From Candidatus Tectimicrobiota bacterium (GTDB lineage Bacteria; JACPUC01), in assembly GCA_016192455.1 (NCBI GenBank), contig JACPUC010000003.1:248001-312000 (forward strand): a DNA stretch of 64,000 nucleotides, written 5' to 3'. The position numbers and the translations under genes were made by a program. Below the pieces are notes generated by a model. That model was not told the origin of the DNA. It saw nothing but the letters and a program-made list of their open reading frames with translations, and did not search any database. Positions 43,970 through 55,845 of the stretch are shown here, in pieces. Within the stretch, counting starts at the first letter, position 1. Each line of letters opens with the position of its first letter.

Positions 43970-46900
43970 ATGCGCCGTCGTCGCCTCGGGCGCGGCGCCG
44001 TTCGCGCCGTCGTTGCTCTTCTCCTCTTCCTTCTCCCTTGTTCCGCCGCGCTTGCCCAAGACGGGCTGACGCTGCGCCTCGAGCCGGCCCAGGTGCGGGC
44101 CGGGGAGACCTTGCGGTTTGAGCTGCGAGGCCGCCCGAACAGCGCTGTCGTCATCGCCGCCTCGCGGTCGAACAGCGGCCTGGGCGAGTTCGCCGGCCAG
44201 CCGGTGTTGCTGGGGGCCGACGCCTTCATCCTCTTTGCCGCGCGGACCGATGCCGGCGGCGTCTTCGCCCTCCGCCTGAGCATGCCGCCCGGGGTGGACG
44301 GCGCGTTCTTCTTCCAGGCGGCCCTGGCGCTGACGCCCGACTTCTCCCAGGCCCTCCTCTCGAACGGCGCCCAACTCGCCATCCAGGGCCTGCCGGCGCG
44401 CCCCGACACGGCTTTCATCCCGCACCTGGACGACGACGGCGACGGCATCCCCAATCTCATTGAGGGGAGCGGCGACACCGACGGCGACGGCGTGCCGAAC
44501 TTCCTCGATCCCGATGCGGACGGCGACGGCATCCCCGACAGCCAGGCGGCGGGAACGGCCGCGGCTTCACTGCTCGACACCGACGGCGACGGCGTGCCGG
44601 ACTTCCTGGATCAGGACGACGACGGCGACGGCATCCCCGACGTTGACGATGATGAGCCGCTGACGCCGATGGTGGCGGGGGATTTCCGCGGCGCCGAGCG
44701 CCTGGTCATCCGTTCCGTCGAGACGCGGGTGACGGGGCTGGCGCCGGCGCCGGCGGCGCGCCGCGGCGATCTCGTTGACCTGCTGGTGTCCGGCGCGGCC
44801 GGCGCGGCCGGCCTCGTTGTCCTCTTTGATGCCGGAGCCGGCGACGGCGCCCGGCTGTCGGTGGCGCCGCTGGCCGCGCGCAGCGAGCAGGACGGCTCCG
44901 TGCAGCGCCTGACGGTGCGGGTGCCGCCGGTCGCGCGCAGCGGCTCCCTGCAGGCGCGCCAGGGGGCGCTCCTCTCCGAAGAGGTGTTCCTGCAGATCGT
45001 GCCGGCCTCGCTGCCGCTGCTCATCGGCCAGGCGAACGACGATCCCGCCGCCCCCCTGATCGCCTCGGTGGCCCAGGATGCGCCGCTGACCCTCATCGGC
45101 GAGGAGTTCCGGCAGGACGACGTGGTGATGTTCAAGACGGGCGAGCCGTTCGAGCAAACGTTCACAAGACCCCCGACAACCGTCAGCGCCGACGGCAGGG
45201 AGCTCTCGGTCGGGCTGCCCGATGCGCGCGTGCAGCAGGTGTGGATCGCGCGGCAGGGGGCGGAGAGCAACCGGCTGCTGCTGAACGTCACCCGCCAGGT
45301 CGGCGGGCGTCTCGAGCCGCCGCCTGGGCTGAGCGCGGCGGACCTGCGCCTCGAGAGCGGTCTGCTCGCAAAGGCGACGCCCACCCCTGACGGCGCCTTC
45401 AGCATCGCCGCGCGCGCCGGGTCGCGCTCGCTCATCGAGGCGGTGGACGCCAACACCGGCGTCATCCGCCTCATGGCCTTTCTCGATCCCACCGTCGCCG
45501 AGGTGACGATCACTCCCCTCACCACGGTCGCCGCCCAGATCACCCGCGCCCTGCTGCTCGAGGCGAGCCTGGAGGAGTCTTCCCTGTCGCGGGCCCTGTC
45601 GATCATCGCGGAAACGCCCGAGGTGGCGGCCGCCGCGGCGGTGCTGGCTGAGCGCCTGCCGCTGAACCCGCTGCTGCTCCTCGGCGGCGACGAGGGGTAC
45701 GCGGCGGCCTTCGCCGGCGCCCTCGAAGCCGCCAGCGCGGCCGTGCGCGCCGCCCTCGACCAGGGCCAACTGCGCCGCAAGGAGCAGGCCGAGGCGTCGA
45801 AGAGGGCCGCCACCGTCCTGCCGCAGCAAGAGCAGTATGACATCATGATCTCCGAGGACCCGAGGCATCCCGGCAACCTGGTGGCCGAGAACGATACGCA
45901 ACTGCTCCTCAGCCTGCAGATGAAGGACAAGCTGAGCGCGCAAATCCTGCACCCGCATGCGCAGACTTTCTTCGACAGCAATGTCGTCGGTCCCCAGGGG
46001 GGCGGCCTGTTCTTCATCGCCAAAACGAAGGCGTTCAACCAGCCGAAAAACCGCGACGTCTTCGTCGAGGTCCTCACCGGGGGGTTGTTCGGCGAGGTCA
46101 CGCCGACGATGCTGCAGCAGCAGGCGAACGCGATGCTCAGGATACGGTTCATGCTCGAGCGGCTGTTTACGCCCGTCGTCAACATCGCGCTGGACGTCAT
46201 CTTCCCGACGGAACTCGGCATCCCCACCTCGACGCACCTGTTCGTCAGGGTGGTGAACAACTTCGGCGACGACATCATGCGCCGGCTGGCGGAGTTCAGC
46301 CTGCATGAGGAGAGCATCTTCGAGCTCGCCGCCTTTATGGGCCGCCTCCTCATCGAGGATGCCTTGCAGTTCCCCCCGGGCCCGGTGACCTCCGCCTTGA
46401 TCCAGGCCCTGCTGACGAGCAAGGGGGTCGGCGCGACGCTGGCCCTCATCGACGCGCTCGGCAAGCGCCTGGCGGCCCATCTCTCCACCATCGTCGCCGC
46501 CCTGACGATTGCCAGGGTGGTCACCAACATCGCCTCCATCGGCAAGGCGCTGGCCGACATCACCACCATCCCGGCGCTGGTCGAGTTCGACGTTGACTTC
46601 AACCAGCCGGAGGTTGACTCCATCGAGCCGGGCTGCGTTTCGTCGCGCCAGACGGAGCTGAACGCCGTCGCGCGCGGGCGCAATTTCCGCAGCCGCGACG
46701 ATGACCCCAGCCAGGAGCCGAACTTCGCCATCGGCATCAACTTCGACGAGGGAGGACCGATCGTCCGCCGCGAGGTGACCGCGCTCCCAGGAACGAACGG
46801 ACGCATCCTCGCCATCAACGCCGACGAGACCATCGCCCTGGTCCGCTTCGCCGCTCCCGCCGGCGCCACCTTCGCCAGCGGAGCGGTGCAGGCGCGCTAC

Positions 46901-48322
46901 GGCGTGGACTTCCCGCCGCCGCCAAGCTCGGCGCAGTTGCAGGTGGTCGAGGAGCCGAAGATCACCGGCGTGGAGCCGGCGCGCCCCCGCCGCGGCGAGC
47001 TGGTGCGCCTCAGCGGCTGCGGCTTCGCCCCCCAGCCCGCCAACAACGAGGTGACCTTCATTGATCTGAACGACGAGCGGCATGTCGCCCGCGTCGCGCA
47101 GGCGAGCGAGGAGGGGAACTACCTTCTCGCGCGCGTGCCGCAAGAGATGGAGCTGGGCCAGGGAGAGGTGACGGTCTCCAGCACCATCGCCGGCAGCACC
47201 CTCGCCTCGCAAGCAGCGGAGATCTTCGTCGACGGCATCAGGTTCAACATGGCGTTGCCAGGGAACATCCTCCCCGACCGCTCCTTCACCATGACGGTGA
47301 CGGCGGTGGACCCGGAAGGGCGAGTGCGCGAGGACTTCGACGAGCTGGTGCTCTTCCGGCTCTCGAGTCTGCCGGAGCTAATGCCGCCGGTCGGCGCGCC
47401 GGCGGTCATTGACGCGCCGTCCGGCGCCTGGCTGAAGGGCGTCTTCCGGACCGACGTGCAACGCTACGTCGACGGCGTCGAGGAAGCCTACCCCCTGGTG
47501 TGGACCGCCGAGCGCCTGCGCGACCCGAGTGACCGCGGGGTGGCCCATACGGTGGTGAACGGGGTGGAGCTCCACCTGGCCACCGTCGGCAGAGTTGAAC
47601 TCATTCAGGGAGCGGTGGACCTCTCGTTTGGCCCGGTCGATCGGCAATCGAGACTCGACGCATTCCCTGTAAGTCAGCTCGAATGTTGTGGCTCGTCAAC
47701 TCGGGGGCTTTTGGTAGTTTTGGGCCAGATTGCTCAGGTTATAAGTCTTGGAGTGGGGCCGAGAGGGGTCGAGATCATCCCGGAGCTTCCCAGCACCATT
47801 GACAGCGTGCTGGTGAGCGGGCAGGCCAATCTCGGAGGCAGGTTCGGCTTCACCCCAGATACGTTCGGCTTCGACGTTCATCGGCGTTTCCGGCGAGTGC
47901 CGGCGCGGCCCGTGCTGCACCACGTCGATGCTCACCAAGGTCCGCCGCCGATCGCCAGGAGCGGCGTCGAAGGTTTGCCGCCGGACGAGTTTTCCTTCCT
48001 CTCTGATGCGGGCCTTGCCGGCAGCCGCGTGGCCACCTTCATCGCCCCGCTCGCCAACACCAGCGACATAGGGTCCGCCGACCGCCTCGGCCTCCTGGCA
48101 ACTTTGGAGCAACGTCTTCTCGCTCCCTTCTCGTTCGTCATTGCCGCGGAAGGCCCGGAGCTGTTCCTCACCAGCTACCCAGACCCCGCGAGCGCGGCGG
48201 AATTCAGATCCTTTAGCCGCGGCGCTGTTTCGGGATTCCCCGGTGGGGGCGAATTCAGCGGAACAATTTTCCTGAGCGTTAGCGGTGATGTCCAGGTGTT
48301 CGGCTTCCGCAGGAACCGCTAG
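43970..48322 (+). CDS. Large secreted/surface protein with TSP3-like Ca-binding repeats and IPT/TIG-like Ig domains
   Basis: GAAGGAG RBS, signal peptide ending ALAQ; repeated DxDGDG(I/V)P(N/D); [24 protein letters not shown]. Confidence 0.75.
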   Translation: MRRRRLGRGAVRAVVALLLFLLPCSAALAQDGLTLRLEPAQVRAGETLRFELRGRPNSAVVIAASRSNSGLGEFAGQPVLLGADAFILFAARTDAGGVFALRLSMPPGVDGAFFFQAALALTPDFSQALLSNGAQLAIQGLPARPDTAFIPHLDDDGDGIPNLIEGSGDTDGDGVPNFLDPDADGDGIPDSQAAGTAAASLLDTDGDGVPDFLDQDDDGDGIPDVDDDEPLTPMVAGDFRGAERLVIRSVETRVTGLAPAPAARRGDLVDLLVSGAAGAAGLVVLFDAGAGDGARLSVAPLAARSEQDGSVQRLTVRVPPVARSGSLQARQGALLSEEVFLQIVPASLPLLIGQANDDPAAPLIASVAQDAPLTLIGEEFRQDDVVMFKTGEPFEQTFTRPPTTVSADGRELSVGLPDARVQQVWIARQGAESNRLLLNVTRQVGGRLEPPPGLSAADLRLESGLLAKATPTPDGAFSIAARAGSRSLIEAVDANTGVIRLMAFLDPTVAEVTITPLTTVAAQITRALLLEASLEESSLSRALSIIAETPEVAAAAAVLAERLPLNPLLLLGGDEGYAAAFAGALEAASAAVRAALDQGQLRRKEQAEASKRAATVLPQQEQYDIMISEDPRHPGNLVAENDTQLLLSLQMKDKLSAQILHPHAQTFFDSNVVGPQGGGLFFIAKTKAFNQPKNRDVFVEVLTGGLFGEVTPTMLQQQANAMLRIRFMLERLFTPVVNIALDVIFPTELGIPTSTHLFVRVVNNFGDDIMRRLAEFSLHEESIFELAAFMGRLLIEDALQFPPGPVTSALIQALLTSKGVGATLALIDALGKRLAAHLSTIVAALTIARVVTNIASIGKALADITTIPALVEFDVDFNQPEVDSIEPGCVSSRQTELNAVARGRNFRSRDDDPSQEPNFAIGINFDEGGPIVRREVTALPGTNGRILAINADETIALVRFAAPAGATFASGAVQARYGVDFPPPPSSAQLQVVEEPKITGVEPARPRRGELVRLSGCGFAPQPANNEVTFIDLNDERHVARVAQASEEGNYLLARVPQEMELGQGEVTVSSTIAGSTLASQAAEIFVDGIRFNMALPGNILPDRSFTMTVTAVDPEGRVREDFDELVLFRLSSLPELMPPVGAPAVIDAPSGAWLKGVFRTDVQRYVDGVEEAYPLVWTAERLRDPSDRGVAHTVVNGVELHLATVGRVELIQGAVDLSFGPVDRQSRLDAFPVSQLECCGSSTRGLLVVLGQIAQVISLGVGPRGVEIIPELPSTIDSVLVSGQANLGGRFGFTPDTFGFDVHRRFRRVPARPVLHHVDAHQGPPPIARSGVEGLPPDEFSFLSDAGLAGSRVATFIAPLANTSDIGSADRLGLLATLEQRLLAPFSFVIAAEGPELFLTSYPDPASAAEFRSFSRGAVSGFPGGGEFSGTIFLSVSGDVQVFGFRRNR

Positions 48323-48528
48323 CCGGAGGCGCCTGGGAGGCGGCGCGGTTGCGGCCTGGTGCTAGAACCGGGTCACAGGCCGCCACGCCTCCCCGATGCC
48401 TCCCCGCGGCCGAAGTCGGGGCCAAACCCGAACACTCACGCGAGCCAAGGCTGAAGCTTCCTAGGCGCTCATTTCGCGCTCGACCGAGCCTTACTTCGGC
48501 AAGAAACCGAGGCCAGGTTCACACAACT

Positions 48529-48600
48529 ATCAGTGTTCATCCGTGTTCATCTGTGGTTCCTTGCCTGCCGAGGTAAGGCCGGTTCGCGAACCGCCCCTAC
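48529..48600. repeat. 9-mer tandem array plus GTAG REP
   Basis: ATCAGTGTTCATCCGTGTTCATCTGTGGTTCC then GGTTCGCGAACCGCCCCTAC. Confidence 0.75.
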
Positions 48601-48716
48601 GGTCGATGGGATGGGAGTCTACTTAGAAAGAAGTGTGCGCGCTCGGCCGGCCCGCGGCGGCGGGTTCCCTGACGGCCGCGGCGCCCACCTGCGACTGGAG
48701 GGATGCGGTCCAAGCC

Positions 48717-49451
48717 ATGCCGAAGGCGATCGTCATTGGCGCAAGCTCCGGCATCGGCAGGGCCCTGGCGCGGCTGCTGGCGGAACGGGGTTACGCGGTG
48801 GGGCTGACGGGGCGGCGCGTGGCGCTGCTGCGGGAGCTGAGCGGCGAGCTGCCGGGCGCGTCGTTCGTCAAGGAGATGGACCTGGCCGCTGCCGATCAGG
48901 CTAGGCAGGCCCTGCGCGAGCTTCTCCAGGAAATGGGCGACGTGGACATGGTGGTGGTGAACGCCGGCGTGCGCCTGGAGACGGCGCAGTTGGCCTGGGA
49001 GGCGCAGGCCGCCACCATTGCGGTGAACGTTGCCGGCTTCGTGGCCATGGCGGACGAGGCGTACCGCTACTTCCGCGCCCGCGGGCGCGGGCACCTCGTC
49101 GGCGTCTCCTCCATCGCCGGCCTGCGCGGTCGCTGGAGCGCGCCGGTCTACAACGCCTCGAAGGCCTTCGTCTCGACCTACCTCGAGGGGCTGCGGCAGC
49201 GCTTCCAGAAACAGGGCGCGGCGGTGTGGGTGACGGACGTGCGGCCCGGCTTGGTGGATACGCCCCTGGTGGCGGGCAGGCGCCTCGTCTGGGCGGCCTC
49301 CCCGGAGACGGCGGCGCGGCAGATGCTCGCGGCCATCATGAAGCGGCGGCGGCACGTCTACGTAACGCGGCGCTGGCGTCTGGTGGCGTGGCTCATGAAG
49401 CTCCTGCCGGCGCCGCTCTATGATGCCATCTGCCTGCGCCTCGACCTCTGA
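48717..49451 (+). CDS. SDR family oxidoreductase
   Basis: GASSGIG, VVNAG, YNASK. Confidence 0.93.
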   Translation: MPKAIVIGASSGIGRALARLLAERGYAVGLTGRRVALLRELSGELPGASFVKEMDLAAADQARQALRELLQEMGDVDMVVVNAGVRLETAQLAWEAQAATIAVNVAGFVAMADEAYRYFRARGRGHLVGVSSIAGLRGRWSAPVYNASKAFVSTYLEGLRQRFQKQGAAVWVTDVRPGLVDTPLVAGRRLVWAASPETAARQMLAAIMKRRRHVYVTRRWRLVAWLMKLLPAPLYDAICLRLDL

Positions 49452-49500
49452 GCGCCCGGGCCGGCGGCAAGGCTCCCGACGCGCCGACCCCGCGCGCCCC

Positions 49501-50025
49501 TTACGCCGGCGCCCAGCCGAAGCCGCGCAGGTGGCCGCGCAGGTAGGACGCCTGGCCGCTGTGCTGCAAGCCGTCGACGAGCAGGATCGCCAGGTAGAAG
49601 AGCGCCGTCGTCTGGCCGCCGCGCGGATGCGGCATCTCTTTGTTCACGTCCGCCTCGCTGAGCCCCGCCAGGAACTCCTTGGTGCGCGCCCGCACCGCGG
49701 CGCAGTAGTCCTTCAGCGCTTGGGGGTCGGCGACGCGGAAGGCCACCGCCTGGTCAACCGGCTCGCCGCGGCCGGTAATCTGCGGGTCAGCGCCGCGCCC
49801 GAGCTTCGTGTGCCAGCTTCCCGCGGTGAACACCTGGTCCTTGCCGCCGAGGCGGGAGACGATGGCGTCTTCGGTGCGCATCTTGTGCCAGACGAGCCAA
49901 CCGATGTTGTTCGACTGCGGGTCGGGAGACTTGGCGAGTTCGTCGGCGCTCAGTCCGTCGAGCGCCCCCTGCACGAAGCCGTTGTCGAGGTCCAACGCTG
50001 TCGAGATGAGGTCCGCAAGCTGCAT
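49501..50025 (-). CDS. DinB family protein
   Basis: NNIGWLVWH..ED, C-terminal QHSGQASYLRG. Confidence 0.85.
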   Translation of the reverse strand: MQLADLISTALDLDNGFVQGALDGLSADELAKSPDPQSNNIGWLVWHKMRTEDAIVSRLGGKDQVFTAGSWHTKLGRGADPQITGRGEPVDQAVAFRVADPQALKDYCAAVRARTKEFLAGLSEADVNKEMPHPRGGQTTALFYLAILLVDGLQHSGQASYLRGHLRGFGWAPA

Positions 50026-50235
50026 GGGGTACTTCCTTCCACGATGGCGGGTGATGAGCGGAGCGGCGCAACGCCCGGCCGCCATGCGGCGGCGTCTGCC
50101 GGCAGGCCGGCGGCGGGCCCATGGCGCCTCGCCAACGCCCGCGGCCACCTGCCGCTCTCCCTTATGCCAGAGAACGGCGCGGCTGTCGAGACGCGGGCGG
50201 GCGCCTGATCACCAGCATGGGCGGAGGCCACGGGG

Positions 50236-50418
50236 ATGAACCAGTTTATGGTGTTTCTGGAACCAGAAAACTATGGTGCGCTCCGCCGGATTGCCGCATC
50301 ATACCGGCAGCCGCTATCGCTTCAGTGCGTGCGTGGCACGTACGTGTTGCAGCGCTTTCTGGATCAGTACGAGGACCGGCAACGGATCCTCAAGCTCGCG
50401 GAGGACAAACAGAAGTGA
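50236..50418 (+). CDS. Small hypothetical protein, possibly RHH-like
   Basis: GGAGG RBS; short beta-alpha-alpha-like pattern; precedes MTase. Confidence 0.35.
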   Translation: MNQFMVFLEPENYGALRRIAASYRQPLSLQCVRGTYVLQRFLDQYEDRQRILKLAEDKQK

Positions 50419-50509
50419 AGGCGCCGTGTAGCATCATACAGAGGAATCTGGAAGGAGGGCGAGCTATATCCTGCCCGGCACTGCACCTCCGGCAGACCGG
50501 AGGACCGCA

Positions 50510-52756
50510 ATGCGCGTGACCGCAAAAACGTACACCTCTTCACGCGCGCGGGCCTATACACCGAATGCCCAGCAACTCCCGCTGTCATATCCCGAGCAGC
50601 CGACTATCTCTCTTGCCGTATCGCCCGGCCCCCGCGCCATAGAGGGTGAAACCTTTCCTTTCGAGGCACTCAGCGATATCGCCGAGATCGAGAGTTGGCG
50701 GAAGGAAATTAACCGCCCTCTATACCATATCCACAAGTGGTGGGCGCAGCGCCTCGGATCTGTGTTCCGCGCAATGATCATTGGCGCGTTCGCATCAGCG
50801 GGTGCCGATATCCTTGATCTTTTCTACAAGCCGCTGCGCATCAAGGACGCCATTGTTTTTGATCCGTTTATGGGCAGTGGCACAACGATCGGCGAGGCCA
50901 CCAAGCTCGGAGCCCGTGGCATCGGCCGGGACATCAATTCGGTTGCCCATTTTCTTGTCAGAAACGCACTGTCCGTCCACAACCGTTCTGCAATCTTGTC
51001 TACCTTCCGTGCTATCGAACGCGATGTTGCTGACCGGGTGCGCCGGTTCTACCGTGCGATTCTTCCAGACGGAACCACCGTTGACGTTCTCTACTTCTTT
51101 TGGGTTAAGACCGCCGGCTGTCCGTCCTGTGCCAACTCCGTCGATCTATTTTCATCGTACATCTTCGCACGGCATGCCTACCCCAGGAGATATCCCGAGG
51201 CGCAGGCTGTTTGCCCCGTCTGCGGGGCAGTCAATCAGGTTCGCAATGACACTCACAAAACCTGTTGCAAGACATGCGGGGCGGCTTTTGATCCGCAAAC
51301 TGGCCCGGCCAATAGGCAGAAAGCCACCTGCCCCGCGTGTTCCCATACCTTCCGGATTGCGCAAACGATCCGCGAAACGGGCTGTCCGCCGGCACACCGG
51401 CTCTATGCCAAACTTGTTCTCATGCCGGACGGGACGAAAGCATACCTGCCAGCCACGGATAGGGATCGGGCACTCTATGCCCAAGCGGAAAAGGCTCTAG
51501 GGTCCCGCAAGAACGCTTATCCGGTTGTCGCGATCGAGCCAGGCTACAATACGAACCAAGCTCTCGGCTACAATTACCGCTATTGGCACGAGATGTTCAA
51601 TGCGCGGCAATTGCTGTGCTTGTCTATTCTTTCTGAAAGGATCAGACGGATACCGGACCCGATCTTGCGCGACCTTTTCACGTGCCTTCTTTCGGGCACG
51701 CTCGAATTCAACAACATGTTTGCGTCTTACAAGGGCGAAGGCACCGGCGCTGTGAGGCACATGTTCGCCCACCATATCTTGAAGCCTGAGCGCGTTCCGC
51801 TCGAAGCTAATCTTTGGGGCACACCGAAAAGTTCGGGTTCGTTCTCGACCTTGTTTGAGGGGCGGATCAGGCGGGCGCTCGATTGTGCGGAGGATCCGTT
51901 TGAGATTCGCCCTGGCGCACGCAACGGCAGGAAGGCAAATGAGAGAGTTTTCGGCCTTTCCGAAAAAATCGGTTTCGAGATTGCTGACAGTTACCCCGCC
52001 TTTGCACAAGGAAAACGCGTCTATCTTTCCTGCGCGGACTCAAGCGCGACTGATCTACCCGACTGGTCTGTCGATGCTGTTCTTACCGATCCCCCATTTT
52101 TCGATAACGTGCATTACTCCCAGCTTGCCGACTTCTTCCACGTCTGGCAGCGCCATATTCTTGGTCCCAAGGGTCATTGGCGGGCCTACACTACGCGCTC
52201 CAGCGAGGAGGTTCAGAATACCGACGCGGAAGCGTTTACCACTCGCCTCGCCGCAGTATGGACCGAAGCGCAGCGTGTGCTGAAAGACGACGGTATTCTT
52301 GCATTCACATATCACCATTCCCGTCCCGAGGGCTGGCGTGCGGTCTTGCGCGCCCTGATGGTGGCCGGGTTCGGAATCACAGCCACTCATCCTATCAAAT
52401 CAGAAATGTCGGTGGCCATGCCAAAGCATCAGGCCAAGGACCCTATCGACCTCGATATCATCATCGTCTGCCGCAAGCGTTCCCAGCTTCAAGCACACCG
52501 CTGGAACGGAGATTTATTGGGAACGGTCACACCGCTTGCCGCCGAACAGGTTCGCCGGTTCCGCGATTACAGCCGTCGACTCAGCCGGAATGATGTGCGT
52601 GTCATCATCGTGGCGCAACTGCTGCGGCACCTTTCCGTTTTGCACCCCATAGAGGCGGCGCTACGCTTGCTCGATTCCGCCAACGGCGAAGTCGAGGCGC
52701 TCATCGATGAGATGTATGCTTCCGGCAAGAACCAGCGCGCCCACGGGAAAAACTGA
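50510..52756 (+). CDS. Amino (N6A/N4C) DNA methyltransferase with Zn-ribbon insert (DUF1156/COG1743-like)
   Basis: IHKWWAQRLGSVFR, DPFMGSGT, four CxxC pairs, TDPPFFDNV; start uncertain. Confidence 0.85.
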   Translation: MRVTAKTYTSSRARAYTPNAQQLPLSYPEQPTISLAVSPGPRAIEGETFPFEALSDIAEIESWRKEINRPLYHIHKWWAQRLGSVFRAMIIGAFASAGADILDLFYKPLRIKDAIVFDPFMGSGTTIGEATKLGARGIGRDINSVAHFLVRNALSVHNRSAILSTFRAIERDVADRVRRFYRAILPDGTTVDVLYFFWVKTAGCPSCANSVDLFSSYIFARHAYPRRYPEAQAVCPVCGAVNQVRNDTHKTCCKTCGAAFDPQTGPANRQKATCPACSHTFRIAQTIRETGCPPAHRLYAKLVLMPDGTKAYLPATDRDRALYAQAEKALGSRKNAYPVVAIEPGYNTNQALGYNYRYWHEMFNARQLLCLSILSERIRRIPDPILRDLFTCLLSGTLEFNNMFASYKGEGTGAVRHMFAHHILKPERVPLEANLWGTPKSSGSFSTLFEGRIRRALDCAEDPFEIRPGARNGRKANERVFGLSEKIGFEIADSYPAFAQGKRVYLSCADSSATDLPDWSVDAVLTDPPFFDNVHYSQLADFFHVWQRHILGPKGHWRAYTTRSSEEVQNTDAEAFTTRLAAVWTEAQRVLKDDGILAFTYHHSRPEGWRAVLRALMVAGFGITATHPIKSEMSVAMPKHQAKDPIDLDIIIVCRKRSQLQAHRWNGDLLGTVTPLAAEQVRRFRDYSRRLSRNDVRVIIVAQLLRHLSVLHPIEAALRLLDSANGEVEALIDEMYASGKNQRAHGKN

Positions 52757-52765
52757 GGCTGAATC

Positions 52766-53521
52766 ATGTCTAACGTGTATTCGATCTTTAAAATCTGCGT
52801 GCAGGCCATCCGCGATGGCGAACTTATTGAGCGCGAGGGGCACCGTGACAAGGAATTTCACTTTCAGAATTGGTTCGCGGCCCGTCTTAACACTCTCGGA
52901 TTGAATTTCGATTCGCCCGGCCGAAACTCCTATCCGGACTTCCGTCTTGTCCGTTTTCCGGAAGGCTATGAATTAAAGGGCTTGGCCTACCCAGGTCGTG
53001 AGGCCAATTACGACTGCAATAGCCAGGTTCCCTGCGGTGAACACAACGGCCGTCAAGTCTATTACGTCTTTGGCCGGTATCCGACCGACCCTGACGGCAA
53101 CCGTTATCCTGTGCTCGACCTTGTATTGTGCCACGGGAGCTTTCTGAACGCCGACAATACGTATGTTCACAGGAACAAGAGCTTTCGGGGGTTCGGCACC
53201 TACGGCGACATCCTCGTTCGCGACCGAAAGATGTACGTTGCCCCGACCCCGTTTGCCCTTGCCGAGGAAACCGCCCATCGACGCACGCTCATCGTGCCGA
53301 GCGATACTCCGGACGATGACGAACTTGTTGAGGTCGGCACGCTGACTCGCCGCGAGGTCGATCACATGGTTGTCGCCTACAGCTTCGACCTTCGCACCAA
53401 CGAGATTTCGACCACACAGGTCCCGAATCCCAATGCAGGGCGAGAGCACATCTTCAAGGCTTACCGCGTCCAGGGAGACCCGCTTGCCCCGGTTTCTCTT
53501 CGTGAAGGGGAGGCCGGATAA
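52766..53521 (+). CDS. Putative PD-(D/E)xK restriction endonuclease
   Basis: SYPDF..EGYELKG; 9 bp downstream of MTase. Confidence 0.65.
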   Translation: MSNVYSIFKICVQAIRDGELIEREGHRDKEFHFQNWFAARLNTLGLNFDSPGRNSYPDFRLVRFPEGYELKGLAYPGREANYDCNSQVPCGEHNGRQVYYVFGRYPTDPDGNRYPVLDLVLCHGSFLNADNTYVHRNKSFRGFGTYGDILVRDRKMYVAPTPFALAEETAHRRTLIVPSDTPDDDELVEVGTLTRREVDHMVVAYSFDLRTNEISTTQVPNPNAGREHIFKAYRVQGDPLAPVSLREGEAG

Positions 53522-53584
53522 TGCTCAAGGCGGTGCGTTTTCGTGTTCAGATCTCGCAATAACGACGTTAGCGCCTGGGCTGCC

Positions 53585-54310
53585 ATGGCTGAGTCGAAAC
53601 CCTTCCTCTTCGTGCACGGCGCCTGTCACGGCGCCTGGTGCTGGGAGCGCGTCCTTGACCTGCTGCGGGTCGCCGGTCGCGACGCCTACGCCATCGACCT
53701 GCCGGGACACGGCGCCCGCGCCGCCGAGGCCGCCGGCGCGCGCCTGCCGGACTACACCCGCGCCGTCGTCGGCTTCATCGAGGAGCTCGACCTGCGCGGC
53801 GTGGTCCTCGTCGGCCACAGCATGGGCGGCATCGTCCTCCAGACGGCGGCGGAGCAGGCCGCGGAGCGCCTGGCGCACCTGGTCTTCCTGGCGGCCTACG
53901 TGCTCCAGGACGGCGAGAGCCTGATGGGCCTGAGCCGGCCCGAAACGCAGCGGCAGTGGGCCGAACTGGCGGCCGCCAGCGCCAATCAGACGGTGACCCT
54001 GCCCACGGAGCTGCCGATCGTGCGTTGGATGAACCGCTGCGAACGGGCCGACCTCGCCTGGGCGCTGCCGCGGCTCACCCCGCAGCCTTGGCTGCCCGTG
54101 AGCGAGCCGGTGACGCTGCGGCGCTTCCCGGACGTCGGCCTGCCGATGACCTACCTCGTCTGCTCCGACGACCGGGGCCTCACCCCGGAGCGCTGCCGGC
54201 GCTATGCCGCCCGCCTGCCGCACGCGCGCCTCCGCACCCTCGACGGCGACCACGACATCATGATCTCCAACCCCCAGGCCCTGGCGGCGGCGCTCCTTGA
54301 ATTGGGATGA
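53585..54310 (+). CDS. Alpha/beta hydrolase
   Basis: FVHGACHGAWCW, DLPGHG, GHSMGG, DDR, DHD. Confidence 0.92.
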   Translation: MAESKPFLFVHGACHGAWCWERVLDLLRVAGRDAYAIDLPGHGARAAEAAGARLPDYTRAVVGFIEELDLRGVVLVGHSMGGIVLQTAAEQAAERLAHLVFLAAYVLQDGESLMGLSRPETQRQWAELAAASANQTVTLPTELPIVRWMNRCERADLAWALPRLTPQPWLPVSEPVTLRRFPDVGLPMTYLVCSDDRGLTPERCRRYAARLPHARLRTLDGDHDIMISNPQALAAALLELG

Positions 54311-54573
54311 GGAGGCGTTCTTGATGGGTTGGGTTGTTTCTTTGTGGGGGAACCTTGTTCCCCCACGCCCCCTTTTCGCGCGAGCTGCTGCGCAGCTCGC
54401 GTAGTCGGGGTGCGCGCGGAACATTGTTCCGGGGGCGAGGCTCCCGCGCGGAAATAAGGGATGAAACCTCGGGGAGACACTCCGCCGCGCCACGCTCCCC
54501 TTGCAATCGCCCCGCGCCGAACCTAGCGTTGAGGTGCAAACCTGTCTCAACTGTCTTGACGAGGAGCTCACGG

Positions 54574-55719
54574 GTGGAGCTGCCGCGCAACCCAACCCGC
54601 GCCGTGCGCATCGGCAGACTGACCATCGGCGCCGGTCATCCCATCGCCGTGCAGAGCATGTGCGCCACAAAGACGCAGGACGTCGAGGCCACCGCCGCCC
54701 AGGCGAACGACCTGGCGGCGGCAGGGGCGGAGGTTGTGCGTCTGGCCGTGGACAGCCAGCGCGACGCCGACGCCGTGGCGCGCATCCGCGAGCGCACCCG
54801 CGCCAACCTCTGCGTCGATCTGCAGGAGCACTACCGGCTGGCGGCGGCCGTCGCGCCGCATGTCGATAAAGTCCGCTACAACCCCGGCCACCTCTATCAC
54901 CACGAGCGCCGCAAGGGCTGGCGGCAGAAGGTGGCCTTCCTGGCGGAGACGGCGGCGAAGCACGACTGCGCCCTGCGCGTGGGGGTCAACTGCGGCTCGG
55001 TGGACCCGGCGAAGAAGGATGCCTTCGACCCGCGGGACTCTGTTTCGCCGATGGTCGCCAGCGCCCTGGAGCACTGCGCCTGCCTCGACGACCTGGGGTT
55101 TACCCGCTACTGCGTGTCGCTGAAGGACTCCGACCCGGCCAAGGTGATCGAGGCGAACCGCCGCTTCGCCGCCGCGCGTCCCGACGTGCCGCTGCACCTC
55201 GGCGTCACCGAGGCCGGCCTGCCGCCCGACGGCGTCATCAAGACGCGCATCGCCTTCGAGCAGCTCATCAGCCGCGGCATCGGCGACACCATCCGCGTCT
55301 CGTTGACGGTGCCGAACGCGCACAAGGGGGAGGAGATCGCGGCGGGAAAGGAGATTCTCGACGACATCGCGGCGGGTCGGGTGCGCAGTGTTGTGGACTA
55401 CGGTCTACGGAGCCTCAATATCATAAGCTGTCCGAGCTGCTCGCGGGTGGAGAACGAGGCCTTCGTCGAGCTGGCGGAGCAGGTGCGCGAGCTGACGAGC
55501 TACGCCCAGGACCACGCCCTCACCATTGCCGTCATGGGCTGCCGCGTCAACGGCCCCGGCGAGACCGATGACGCCGACCTCGGCCTCTGGTGCGGCCCCC
55601 ACTTCGTCAACCTGAAGCGCGGCGGCGAATCCCTCGGCGCCTACCCGTACAGCGAAATCCTCCCCCGCCTGAAGGAGGAGCTGGATGCGCTGATCGGGGC
55701 AAAGGCGGGGCGGAGGTGA
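54574..55719 (+). CDS. ispG: (E)-4-hydroxy-3-methylbut-2-enyl-diphosphate synthase
   Basis: [55 protein letters not shown]. Confidence 0.95.
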   Translation: MELPRNPTRAVRIGRLTIGAGHPIAVQSMCATKTQDVEATAAQANDLAAAGAEVVRLAVDSQRDADAVARIRERTRANLCVDLQEHYRLAAAVAPHVDKVRYNPGHLYHHERRKGWRQKVAFLAETAAKHDCALRVGVNCGSVDPAKKDAFDPRDSVSPMVASALEHCACLDDLGFTRYCVSLKDSDPAKVIEANRRFAAARPDVPLHLGVTEAGLPPDGVIKTRIAFEQLISRGIGDTIRVSLTVPNAHKGEEIAAGKEILDDIAAGRVRSVVDYGLRSLNIISCPSCSRVENEAFVELAEQVRELTSYAQDHALTIAVMGCRVNGPGETDDADLGLWCGPHFVNLKRGGESLGAYPYSEILPRLKEELDALIGAKAGRR

Positions 55720-55741
55720 GGCCGCAGGACAATAACCGCCC

Positions 55742-55771
55742 TTGACAGGGTGGGCACAAACCGGCATTGTG
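55742..55771 (+). promoter_or_regulatory. Putative promoter/operator of three-gene PIN operon
   Basis: TTGACA-17-CATTGT; CACAA-N7-TTGTG inverted repeat over -10. Confidence 0.45.
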
Positions 55772-55845
55772 TGGCCGGAAAAGAAGGAAAAGAACCAGTC
55801 TATTCCTTGTCCCGCGCTCGTCTGAGATGCGGTCGAGAAAGAGCC

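Noticed and set aside
44420-44660. DNA repeat array within the large secreted protein gene
   Set aside because: Explained by coding DxDGDG calcium-binding repeats
50190-53590. Direct repeats flanking the amino-MTase/nuclease cassette
   Set aside because: Only GCGCCTG...CATGG shared; too short in GC-rich DNA to support
54418-54430. Second parS (GGAACATTGTTCC)
   Set aside because: Half-sites are in the wrong order and spacing; part of a hairpin repeat
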